This document shows positions 37,110-50,400 of a DNA stretch of 64,000 nucleotides, in pieces. Numbering within the stretch: the first letter of the stretch is position 1; every line of letters starts with the position of its first letter. The notes under the pieces are model-generated. The model was given only the letters and a program-made list of their open reading frames with translations, did not search any database and was not told where the DNA came from. The stretch spans positions 1,314,116-1,378,115 of the forward strand of contig NW_019217794.1 of the NCBI RefSeq assembly GCF_002571385.2, in the 5' to 3' direction. Source of the DNA: Stylophora pistillata. Lineage: Eukaryota. The translations under genes and the position numbers were made by a program.

Positions 37110-40100
37110 TTATCCGTGAAATGCTGCCCCTGCAATAGATGGATAAGAGCTAAAATTTAATTCCAGCAATTAATATTTTCAAATCTAAATAAATTATAAA
37201 GATGTTTAAGCTCCAAGACATCGTTCNTAAATGAAGGAAATCGAACTTGAATTATTGCTTACTGCAGACAACTAATCATTTATCTAAATAGCACGAAGTT
37301 TTAATTTTAGGAGGAGTAACATGGAAGGTAGGATAGAATCTTAGTTCGTCTCCGAAGGAATCGACTTCTCCCATACTCTACCACTAGGCAACAAAGAACT
37401 CAAATGACAAACGTCTTTGATTAACAATGTCGTTGAACTGGCGTCATATGCACAAAACAGAATAAGTCAATTCCAAACATAGTAAACAAATTGATGAACA
37501 TCAACACACCTGGTCTAACACGGTAGATTGCCTCAAAACCCTTTTCAGTGACATCGTCGTCATCAGCTTTGAAAATAATCGACACCAGCTCTCCCGTTCC
37601 TGGAATAAGGACTCCCGTAACATATGGGGCGCCAATCGGGGCTCTCTTTGGAAAACCAAAACGATTCCCTGCTGGAGAGGGAAACCTGTGTATCGATGGG
37701 TAGAACCTTTTTCTGGGACGTTCTTCACTGTCATATTCATCATCTTCCCCCCATTCGCCATCTTCGCCATCCTTGTCACCATCACCATCCAGGTCATCAC
37801 CATCGCAATCGTCGTCATCATCATTCCCCCATCCAAACAAGCTGTATCTGTAAACACCGCTTAGTGTTCGTACTTTACGACCCCCTTGCAAAATTTTGAG
37901 GTAATCATCACTGTGAATCGAAAAAAAGAAAAAAAAAAAAAAACGAAAAAAATAAGCTTTGAGTATTGTAGCATGGTTGTTCTAGATTTTCCAATTCTCT
38001 GAACTAAGCCAGTTATCGCTAACAGTCAACTTGCTAGTTTTCAATTGATAGTCATAGTACTCCAAGATTGTGCGGTTACATGAACTTCGCTTTGTGGTTC
38101 ATACAGTTAACTGGCGCCATTCTCTCAACAGATCAAATGCAAAACTAAAACCAAACCTGTCTTTGTCACTCGCGTTTACCGTTCTTGCCTTTATAATGAC
38201 TCACTGGCACCTTGTTAAAGTTTTTTGGGATATTTTCCTTTGTTTTCTTTTTCGATCCCACGACATTAAACCGGAAAGCACTCTAAAAAGGCTAGTGCAA
38301 TATTATTTACCATTTCTCAGTTTGAAAGAAGCGAAAATCCAATTCTAGTGTAGATCCTGGTGGAACTCTGATTGTCCATATGCACTTGACGTCATCCGGG
38401 TATTTGCCAGGGTAACCAGGGGATCTGAAGGTTCCGGATGGCAACACCAGTGGGCCTCCACAAAGTGCTAATGCGAAAGAAAATACAAAATGTTGAAACA
38501 ATTAATTTGAATATATGAAAATCATATATGCGTGCTGTCTCACGAAATGTATGAAAGAGATCCTCGCAGCATTAAACCCTACTTACCAAGTATTGGAAGT
38601 AAGGTCGATACGGGATTTGACCCCGTGACCACTGCGATACCGGTGCAGTGCTCTACCTGCAACTGAGCTAACAAGCCAACTGGGAGCTGGTCATTATATT
38701 GGTCCGTATTAAAGCCGTCGAAATGATAAAATGTCGAATTTTTTCTAAATAATCAGCGATCAGTGTCTACGCTGATAGTTATAAATGATAATAGATATCA
38801 ATTTTAAGTTCAAACGAAGAGTTTAGAGACAGGTTTGAAATTCATTGTGTAATTCATAAAGACATGATGTTATAGTGCTTGCGTTTCAGACAATAGCATG
38901 TGATGATCATGGACATGTTCAAGTCTCGTCTGACTGTACATATATTAATTTACAGCAGGTACATCATTGGATCAAACAATACAGATGGCCTTTCCATATC
39001 AAACCTTCGTCGAACCGAAAGGATCATGATCCCCAAATAATTTGATAAAAACAAAGAGGAGTACTTTTACTTTCCCGCTAAACATGACATAATATTTGTG
39101 TTGTATCTGTCTGCTGTGAAATATTGCTGAATTCAAAACTGCGAAGCCTAATGAACCGTACAATATTGTACCCAACTCCTCAGTTGGTGCTAATCAATAA
39201 CTGCTCAATAAGGAGAGCTCGTCAAAATGTTTTTTTATCTGTGATGGTAACCCATAATTCGACGTTAATTTCCTCAAATATCGATCAATGTGCACCTTTA
39301 AAACCTATCATATATCTACAAAGGTTTTTACTTTATTTACGCCACATCAACTTACCTTTCAATACAATGTATCTGGCAAAGAATCCTCTCTTGGTAATAC
39401 TGTAGTCGGACACAAAAACGAGTCTTATCATCTCTCCTGTTCCTTGAATAGTAACAGATTTATCATCCATGTCTTCATCTCGGTTGAAGTACCAGCCAAA
39501 GATACCTTCCCCGTCATCACCATCATCCTTGTCATCCTTGTCACATTTGTCAAATTCATCATCGTCATCATCGTCCGCATCATCCCCAGAGAGACGTCTA
39601 ACCAACCTTCTTCCCACATATATATGAAGGGAATCAAAGCTGTAAAAAAGAAGAAAAGAAAACATTCCATTTACGCGGTGTAACTGTCTGAAGTGGCTTA
39701 TTAGATACCATGAAATGCATATATCTTATTAAACGTTTTGTTGTGTAGAATCGCTGAATATTTTTACGAGTTGTGCTGTATTTTGACGAGCCCGTAGGGC
39801 AAGTCAAAATACAAACAACGAGTAAAAATACTCAGCGATACTACACAACAAAACCTTAATAAAATATTTATTATCGCGCACGCAAAATTGTTCTTTCAGT
39901 GTGGGAACACTTCGCGGATATTTCTTTACGGTTCTCTGGAGTACAAATACCGCGAGATATTTGTACTCGTTTTGGACGTTATTTGTACTCTATACGACGC
40001 ACAGTTGGATGATAAACATGGTTATAGAGTTTTCATCCCCCCCCCCTTTACTTCCAGTTAATTTGCAATCAATTTCCTCAAGTCCTCCCTTTAAACTCTG

Positions 40101-43100
40101 TTGACGACGACTGGTTCCCCCCTCTATTCCCCCCAAAGAAAACATGTGATTCCCCTTAAATTTCCTCCTTTATGGTGAATAATGAATGGTCTTTTATCTA
40201 CCTCTGGTGGATTCCATATTCAATCGCCAACATCTCTAAGGTTGTTACCAGCGAATTTAATGGCTTAAGTACATAATTCTACACCATGAACTACTAAATC
40301 TTGAGATTCTTGTATTCCTTCTAGTGAATTCCATGCTTCTATCCATTTACGCCATAGCCATTAAGAATTTAGGATATGGTGAGAAGGTACACGAAAAAAT
40401 TCAAACCACGATGAATAAGGGCGAAATAAGTTGCCTATGGAGCAATGGAACAAGGAAAATTTATTCACCCACCATTCTTCAGTGTCGAATGCGAGAAAAT
40501 CAATCTTTAAAACAGACCCGCGTGGAACCATAATGGTCCAGACACAGTGAGCATTGTTTGGTTAACTGAGTGGAAAAAATGGGGACGAAAACTGTCCAGA
40601 TGGAGGAGTAAGTGGACCACCGCATACCCCTGAAAAACAAAGATACAGAATCTTCAACATCTTGGAAATATTGTCGTGCAATATAAGATAATATATGAAT
40701 GACAGTTTGCTGATCATGCGCTCAGTTTGATGATGAGAGAGCCAATTCGATTTGTGTGACGTTTTTGACCATTACAATCATTTTATCGTACTCATATTAT
40801 CGAGCTCCTACCAATATTTCTCTGAAAAGTTTTAATGCCGCTGCCATTTCGGTAACAATATCCGCCCTTTCCCTTTACGACTTGGAACGTTACTGGAATC
40901 AAGTTAATGTGACCGCCGAAAAATTCTCTTCCAAAATTATTGAATTATCAGAAAAAAAGTCGTCTTAACCGATGTCATTAGGTTCATAATTACCGGGAAT
41001 AATTGGGGCTGTAGTTGGTGCTGTGGTCGGCACAGTTGTCGGAACTGTCGTTGGAGGTGCAGTGGTCGTAGTTGGAGGCACGGTCGTGGTTGGTGGTGCT
41101 GTGGCTGTCGTCGGAAGAGGTGGACCATTACATAATTGAGTACTGCAGCAATTGATGGAACACGATCCCAATGCACCGTTTCGAGTTTGGTTCAAAAACG
41201 TGCATGCCCGATTCTGAGCGCAGAAGAATTGTGGAATGCATCCCTTTCTTACCACAGGGGTGTTCAGGGCGGTATCAAAAGCCTGTATGGTGTAACAGCT
41301 ACGGCCGGATCTGCAGCCGTTACCTGGAGTCTGAGTCGTGGAACAGTTCGCGGAGCATATGTAACATCTCAAGCCCGCGGGAGCTGGAAAATGTGTTAAA
41401 TAAATGAGTGAGTTTTACAATACAAAAGAAGGATACTCCGGTAAGAAGAAACTTAAAAAGTTTGTCACACTGCCTTTTCCGACATTACCTATCTTTTCGG
41501 TTTTATTTTGATAAAAAAATTGCTTTGCTCAAAACTGTGGGCTGTCACTACCAAATTACAATAACACTCAGACATGATTCATATGCAACCCAATTTCAAA
41601 ATATTAACCGGCAAGCAGTCAAAAAAATAGGTAAAGTTAACAAGCAGAGGACTAGGTTACCTTGATTTGAAATAAAACACTCTCAAATACTTGGTAGAAA
41701 TTTGAAAGGAGACATGTTGACGAGATGTTGGGTGTTAAAGATTCCAGTGACCTAATACATCGAAAAACATAACCTCAAGGAAACTTGTGTCATTATACTA
41801 GTTTAATTCCATTTGTGATTTCATACCTTGTTCCTGGTGTTTAAGAAAATAATCTATTTCTGCATCCATCAAATTAGGATATGGCGCCGATTCTACGGTC
41901 CATGTGAGTGTTATCACTGCCTATATAAATTTAACAGTATTTGATGAAATTGTTGTTAGTTATGGGGTAAAATATAGAGGAAATGTCATTGCCAAATTAC
42001 AATAACACTCTGAGGAAAAGTTATGCTGTTGTGTGTATAATGTAATGTACCACCTGAGTTAGAGTCAGGGTTGTTTGGGTAAAATTTCTCTTCCAAAATA
42101 CATTTTAATAATTTGGTATTTCAATTCTTAAGCAATAAATATAACCAATTATAAAAAAGGCTTAAACATAAGGAGGATATATTTTTAAATGCAATGTCTG
42201 CATAAAGGAAATACCAGCTCATGAAAACGATATTTATGCCGACATGTAAGACTATAAACCTTACAGGTTTGCAGACAAAGAGAAGCTTAAACCACAGACA
42301 TAAAAGCTTAATTTACATTGATACTTATTGGTAATCAATATAAAGCGGGTTAAGGATTTCTTTCCAGCAGATGTCCTTATATTTATCGATATGGGTACGT
42401 CAAAATTAATAAGGCAAGAAGAAAAACAACTAAAAGTTAGCAAAACTTTCCTCGTTACCAATCAAAACATTTCTCGATAGTTTAGGACAGATAAGTTATT
42501 GTTGTCACCCTTAAATTAAGTTCCCAATCTTTGGTTTTCACTTGAGATACTTCTGTTGAGCTCATTATGAGCGAATGAAGTTTCATGGCGCTGGATGCGT
42601 GAAAAAAAGCTGTATCATCTTGTTCAGCTGTTTATAGCCTCGAAATGACAAATTCCTCATATTATCCTAATAGATTTCATATATTGTGATCGGGAAAAAA
42701 ATTATGAGAAATTTAAATTGTGATGAGACTGAAAAAGATGAAAACACAGTAGATACTGGTCTTCAATAATTTTGTTGGCTGCATGTTAGTGGCTTTGAGG
42801 ACGTGTTTGGTAAACAAATAATCAACGAACTGAATGTTAAGAGACCAGCTTCAGTTAAGAGTGTCTCGTAAGGAAAAAAGGATTTTCATAAAATTCTCCT
42901 CTCCAATCGCAAACGTAAAAAAAAAAGAAAAGAAAGACAAAAACAAATGGTCACATCTAAAGTGAAACAGGTAAAATGCAGCACAAACAGTCGATAGAAA
43001 CTGTGCATAGCCATGTGATTTGTTTAAAAAATGTAGAATAGGTTAATACGATTGTTGGAGCGTGCAACGGAAGTTTTCATACAAGCAATCTCCCCACAAG

Positions 43101-43154
43101 TGTGATTAACTTTTTGTGGCTTACCGTCAAGGCGAGGAGGAAAGACTTCATCAT
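37110..43154 (-). CDS. Gene B': inverted paralog of gene B
   Basis: Exons 43154-43125, 41920-41827, 41383-40994, 40629-40473, 39639-39356, 38467-38311, 37910-37510 and 37129-37110; frames and splice sites intact. Confidence 0.88.
38500..38735 (-). mobile_element. tRNA-like repeat related to the 8668-8974 element
   Basis: Reverse complement reads GCTCCCAGTTGGCTTGTTAGCTCAGTTG..AGAGCACTGCACCGGTATCGCAG; absent from the mirror arm. Confidence 0.7.
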
Positions 43155-46100
43155 CTGTCGACCGTAAAGTTGTCTTGCTACACACCTTAGGTCTTCTGGA
43201 GATGGCCAAGTTTGATACTTGATTTATAATCACGATATATATAGTCTCTATCAGCCAATCAGAAAATTTGAGGATATTGTAGGACTCTTGCAAATTTTTG
43301 TAGCAATACCGAATTAATCGCCATCAATCCTGCCCTCTAGTATCACTTTTAATTGAACCTTTTTTCGTAAGTCGGTTTTTATCGGCGTCAATAATATTTT
43401 ACTCGACAAGCGACATTCTTAAACGCATCACCAGCATTAATACTAAAATGGGGCTTTGCCCCTTTTTGCCGCGTAAAATTATTTACATAAAAATATCTGT
43501 GGCTCTCGAAGCTTCGAGTGATGAATATTGCTATGGAAGGAAACAAGACCAAAGGCTATTGAATGTAACTTACATAACTGAGAGGAAAAATTAAACATTC
43601 TTTTGAGAGGTGATCTTATAATTCTTTTGTAGTCTATACCAGATTGCTTTAAATTGTTTGGATATCACTGAATCACTAAATTTAATCACTTACCACTATA
43701 TGAAATTTTCTTGGAGTAGACATTTAATAAATCGTAGGGGATAAACAAGCTTTAATTATAGAAATATTGCAGTTTATTCAAATTTGACTGAGAAGTGTAT
43801 AAAATATCTCAACTGCCACCGAACCAGTATAATTAGAAAGCATTTGAGAGGATCTCTCGGATCTATAGCGCGTCACAATTCCTCACAACCAATATACACT
43901 TAATGCGTTGTGAGGACCATTGGAGTTTTCGGCACTCTTCCACTTAACAAAAACAGCCCTCTTAGGACTTCCGAGCTGGCATCTCCTCGTTTAGAAAGAT
44001 ATGGAAAGGATTTCACGAGCTGAATTAATTTTTTTCCCACTCCAAAAGTATAATTAATTCTAATAATGATCTCAAAGTCATAATCACACTTTCAATTGAG
44101 CATTTCAACAGTTTATATCAATGTTTTGGCGAAATTGCTGGTACAATTCTACTTTTAGATATAAACATTCCACAACAATCCATCGAGACTTAACAATCAT
44201 CAATTATATTTAGGTCGATTGTTTGGGTTTAAGGTTCAGACAAGAGAAAGCAAACATTGAAAATGATTCACCCCATGTTGGACCTGGCTGGAATTAATAA
44301 CATACTGTATGAAAAAACAGTTCTCTGTGTTCGACTTTCTGAAAAGTTATTTTTAAATCTGAGAATTCCTCGGGCGTCTTTGAAAGCGCTATCACAAAAA
44401 AATAAATTCTGGTGAAGGAGCTTAACATCGATAAGCAAAATGAGCAAAATATTCATTGAACTAATAGACAGAGCAAGCGTCGAAGGTCAAAATTCAGATA
44501 TCTTCCTTAATTGTTTATTTATAAAATTCGCTTTTCGATTTGTTTTTTATTTTAATCGCTTTTTGTTTTGTTTTTATTTTTTCCACATTCTTGTGCCAAG
44601 GGCAACTTAAGGCCGGCCTTTCTCCTCTCACTCTGACGGTAAATGAAACAAATAAAACCAATAATGGAACTTAGAAAAACAAAACAATGAAAATCTCCGC
44701 AGTTTCCTACACCAAGCTAAACTCAAGCATGTGGTTTTGCAATGGAAGCATGCTTTGACGTAATTAAGACATAAGAGTTTGCTCGATTCATTATTTCGAA
44801 GCATGCCTAATTAATTTCTTAACTTTAAGAAACTCTTGTCATTGATTGAAATATAAAAATGTTTCCTTAACTTTTTTTTTTGCCCGAAGAAGTTGCGGAA
44901 ATTCTATGTATTGCTAATAGAAGGCATTTGCATCATTGTGGACGATAAATAGTGCTTCTCCATGCAAAGCCCCCTTTTACCTCCTTAACTTTAAACTTAA
45001 TGGCTGTCTAGCCTTTCCGTCGACTGATTTCATCAAGAGTTTGAAAGCACACTATTTTGTAGAGAAAGTTAAAAGTTTCCATGTAGGGCTTATATTTCAA
45101 TAATTAAATATTCAGTTTCAAATGTGCGTAATTGCTTCATATTTTAGCTGATATGATTAACCAAGATAAATTATTTTAAACAATCTGGACTTAAAATGTG
45201 GTCAGAGTGAAAGGAAAGAGCCGTTTCATTACAATAAAGTTCGAATCTTGCGGATTGCAGTATCTTCATAGCTATTGGATCTGCTATGGTCAAAATGTTC
45301 ATTTCTTCCATTTGGACTGCTTCGCTCCGCAAAAGTTCTAACAAGGCTATTTTTTCTGATTGTCATAACATAATTTGACTATGCATCTGAAAGTAACTCA
45401 TATGCTTTACTTTATGAGCTGAAACTTAGCTATAGAAAGTTCTATCTTCTGCGATCCGACAGATATTTCATATCATTAATGATAGTTTAAACTTGTCTTG
45501 GCTAGATTTTGGACAGGAGCTTAATAGGTAATCGAGTTTCATTAACTCTGACACGACTCAACATAGTAAGCTCTTCTAAAAATGGAACACAAGATAAATG
45601 ACGTACTTTTCTTCATTTGAATTCTTAAATTCCAAGTTATCACTAGAGGAATAATCTCTTAGGGGGAAATCACAAGTATCTTTCAAAATGATTCATTACG
45701 ACTTGCAGATGAAGAAGGCCAGAATATTAGTCTTAAAAAAGATAAAAAAAAAAAAACCGGAACGACGTCTTACAAGCTGACACAAATATAATTCCATCTA
45801 ACCATCCTTAATTATTTGCTTTTTTACTATTCCTGATAATTTGAAGTCTAGTCAACAGCTTAAATAAAGTTTATCAATATGTATCCGTAATATTTATTAA
45901 TATTCATTCATCAATTCATTATGATATTATTTATTAATCAGATGAATCACGTAGACAGCGGTTTTATTGAATAGATGAATCTTGTTTCCTTTCCCCGAAT
46001 TGAAGAATTCGTCACTTTCTGGAAAATGAACACAACAGCGCTAGGCTATTGATTTCTCAGAATTCTGAAGTCCAACAGACCTTCACTTATTTGAAACTTC

Positions 46101-47386
46101 CACGAGGTTCTTGTTTTATTTTTTTCCGTGAATTTCTTCAAATAAGGGCTTGTTCGATTAATCGGTGCCAATATTCTTTTCCTTGACATACCCTCGATAA
46201 AACTCTCGTCTGACTGGATGCCAAGGTACAAAATTATTCGTGGTTTGAATTTCTTTACTTTCTGTCCCACCACCATGCACTGGGTATGCTTTAGTTTACA
46301 CTTTTTACAAAACAGGAATTACGATGTATAAGTTGTATCATATATTTTTCCTGCTGCGATAAGGTAAAAACCGATTGTCCCCCGGTGATATTCGTGATAA
46401 GACCAAAAATAGCGTCTGAAAATATAACCTGTCCCAAAGGATGCCAATAAAATCCTTGGATATTTGTCTCTTCGAGCCATACTGGTGTGAGGAATAGCTT
46501 GCATCATGTTTCCGACCTTTCTCGTGAATTTCTAATTGTAAACAAAATTGAAAGATACACGTTATCTTAGTTTTTTGGGGCTTAAGGAGGAGCCGGCGCA
46601 TCAAACCATTTTCTTCCGCTCTATGTTTGTTGTTAAATAATCCTCTTTTTTTTAAAGGTTTTATCATTTATCTTGCCTTTAATTAACGTCTACCTATTGT
46701 GTACAGCAAAAGATATTGGTCCCTCTCTTATCGATTCATCTAAATTTTTAAAACCCTAAATACACTCACTTCTCAACGAGAGCAGGAATAAAAAAAAGTG
46801 TAGAAACGAGGCTTGCGTCATCAGTTTAAAGGGGATGATGTCATTAATTAAACGACGCAAGAGGTACATATCTTTTTGCATTTTGACAGCTAAATATACC
46901 CAACCATTTAATGGATGACAGTCCTTTAACAACAATTTAAGCTATCCATTCCACTCTTCTACCATATAGTTAACTAAACATCACAGACTATATGTCGACA
47001 TCGTTTACGTTAATGGGCTTAGCTAGAGGATATTCCTCAAGTTTGCGGTTGATCAAATCATTCCGAGTACTTGGCAACTAGTATTAGCTTTATAAACAAA
47101 AGTGGTTTCCCCCTGACCATAACTGAACTTTAACAGTTTTAAAAGGTTAGATACATTACAGAAAGCAATAAAGTTGTTCAAATGGCCATGAACTGATTTC
47201 TTCCAGGTAGCCATACTGTCTGTCTTTAAATCATAGTTACAGTTTAAGGATTAATACAGCTATCTTTATTTTGTAGCGGAACAGTGAACCCGCCAAGGCC
47301 CACACCGGCACTTGAATTTTTAAGTGGAGAAAAAACACCGCATATTTCTGTCCCGCTGGAGAACCATATCATTGATCTGTGGGGCA

Positions 47387-47393
47387 TATAAAA
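47387..47393 (+). promoter_or_regulatory. TATA box of gene A'
   Basis: TATAAAA upstream of ATG 47455, conserved with gene A. Confidence 0.6.
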
Positions 47394-47454
47394 CGCAGTT
47401 AACTGAAGCATTTCGGAGAGTAAAGAAGGAACCGTAGCAAGTTGTCAAGCGAAC

Positions 47455-50400
47455 ATGAAGGCTCTTGTAACTGCATTGGCGGTAAGCCTTAAAATATATC
47501 ATTTTCTTGCAAGTGAACTTTAGAACTTGGAAGTGTCGATCTTATGCATTTTCCGTAAATTCCCAAATTCAGTGGTCAATTAGCTCTAGGTCATGGATAA
47601 GGCAGAGGAAGCATTACTCTAGAGGTAAACCGGCTAGTAGTTAGGATGACTTACCAATGCTATTATGCTATAGGCCATAGGAACCAAGAGTCAATGTCGT
47701 CTCCTTCATTAAGCTCTCATTTCAATTTTTGTTCTGTTACCATCAGAGAAATAGTAATAATTAACCAGAGAAAAGTTTTCTGCTGAGCGAGCAAATTACT
47801 GACGTAACAAAAACCACATATGCTATCTATCAGTTACTTCAGGTATTTATTCGAGCGATTGCAATATGGCTTCAATATGCCAACCTCAGAGCGTCACATT
47901 CTTGATTTTCAAGCCTCGAAGGGAATTGATGTTGTAATTACGATTACAAAATGCTTCTTCGACGAAACCGCGCAACGAATGATGGTTCAATGCAGAAAGG
48001 CGACTTTGATATTCCCTTTAGTTTTTGTTTTAGTTTAGATTTTGTTTTGCTTTGCTTTTTTTGTCTAAGGTTTGTTCAATTTCAAGCATTATAATCTTAG
48101 GAGCTCAGGACTTGTCTCTCTGAAGAGATTGATTCTTACTTAGATACTAGAGCTAACTTTTTTAGGCATTTTAAAGAAAACATTCCTCTACTAAGCTCAG
48201 CGTGAGAACGGTTGATCGTTTGAAACTTTTTAGAACAATGACTGACTTATTTAATTATATCAGAATTATATTAGCTCCCCAGTTTGACTGTAGTAAACAC
48301 TATAAGATTCAAAGATGTTTGGCTAATCTATATAAATTCAAAAGTTGAGTAAATTGTTACAAATGTACAACGCTAAGAAAACAAAACGGACAGGTTTCCA
48401 GTAGAACCATTTTACTTTCATAGAATCACATGAAAAAAAAAAATCATAAAATGAAAGAGCAATATTTGGCTAATTATATGTAGCCGATGTGTGTGAGATA
48501 ATGAATATTATTTATATTTTGCATTGTCATACTGAGCGAAATAATGCGTTGTTGCACTATCTAAACAAACGCTAAAGTTGCACATATAATTAAGAGTATC
48601 TCGCTTTTAAAGAAAGGCAGCTTATGATCTTGCCTAAGAACTTACTTCACACAGGGACTAAAAGGCGCCGTTGATTGTTTGGTTTCTCTAGCGTATAGTT
48701 AACAACGTTCGCTTTCAAAATACCCTTGAGCCTCCATCCATTTGAAAAAAACTTTCTTATATTTTAATCTATAGAGTGACTGATCAATCCCTTTCATTAT
48801 TCGTCGATTCGACCGTTCCTTACACCTTTTTTGGTTCGTGACTCCAGCAAACGATAATTTACTCTGCATGGGGAAATTGATGTGGTAGAACAAGAACATG
48901 AAGTTGAAACGACTTGAATCGATCTGAATGTCGGAATATTTACAAGAAATAGCCGCGCTTTCTCTTAAATGCCAAACAGAAATTCTGTTATCATTTAACA
49001 CTGTTTCTTCTGAGTCAGTGAACCGAAATTGCTTTTGAAAGCAATAGCCTCCAGATAGCTCAGACACAACAAGGATAGCTTTCAAAAATGGAAATCATAC
49101 GGTATTGATTACATATCATAATGAAACAAAAGAACAAGACAGTTGATGAAATCCATACCCAATAGGCGTTGATGCGATGTACGTGCCCTGAACATCAACT
49201 GCTTTGAAAACTTCTTCCGTGCAAACACTTCTGATTTGGTTTGTTAATCACTTATTTGAACCTTTGCGCGAAAAAGAGTGGATTCAACACGTTGCTATAT
49301 ACTCAGTGACTGTATTGGATTTCAATACAAACACTTCTTACAGCCACGCACAAAATAACAAATCCGAAACAAACAGGCACGTAAAGGAACCAACCATCGT
49401 CTTTCCATGATGATTGACACAAGTGATAACTGAGATATTAGAACATTGAATAAAGGCTGATATTTTCTAAAGAAACTGTTTGGGGCTGCGTCGGTAGGGG
49501 TAACGAAATAATTTGATTATATCAACAAAGTTGTAATGGTGAATTGGACACCGTTACGATTATAAAAGCTGAAGTTTCAAGCGTTAGCTCTTCGTCGGAG
49601 CGAATAGAGGAATTGTGGGTTGTGTGTGCTTTTAAAGGCAAATAAAGGAGCTACGTGATTGGTGAGAACATGGCAACGAGAAAAACACGAATAAATTAGT
49701 GGAATGAAAAGCGTTCGTTGATACCTGTGGGATTTAGACTGCCCGTTTGAAAGATGAGCTTTTGCTCAAGATTTTTCCGGCTTTTCGTGCTACCTAAGTG
49801 TAAGGAAAGACCGCAGATTGCCATGTGCTGCTTAGAATGGCCAGGTAAATTAAAATGTCTAGCAACCGGTTTCGATGNNNNNNNNNNNNNNNNNNNNNNN
49901 NNNNNNNNNNNNNNNNNNNNNNNNNNNNNNNNNNNNNNNNNNNNNNNNNNNNNNNNNNNNNNNNNNNNNNNNNNNNNNNNNNNNNNNNNNNNNNNNNNTC
50001 TTGAGCAAAAGCTCATCTTTCAAACGGGCAGTCTAAATCCCACAGGTATCAACGAACGCTTTTCATTCCACTAATTTATTCGTGGTAATGTAACTTATTA
50101 TATTGCCACTGGCAAACAGTGTGGAGAAACAGTAAACATTTTCTTTTGTTATTTTTCCGTAGTTTGTGCTGGCGTACATCATAGTGACACAGTCATTACC
50201 TTTTCCTGGTCCAACCACTAAAGCGCCTCCTCAACCAGGTGAAGCTGAGGAATGATTTTATGAATCGCGTATAGGTCGCTAAGCATTTTACTTTAAAAAT
50301 AGCCATACAGTTAACGGCTTTTCATAATAATCCTTCTCTACTAGTGATAAATAGAAGCTTAACATTAGCTGCGAAGTTTTCAAAGAAGCGCATAGACCTA

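Noticed and set aside
48699-49085. 128-aa ORF in the gene A' intron 1 insertion
   Set aside because: No recognisable domain; probably a fragment of inserted mobile DNA.
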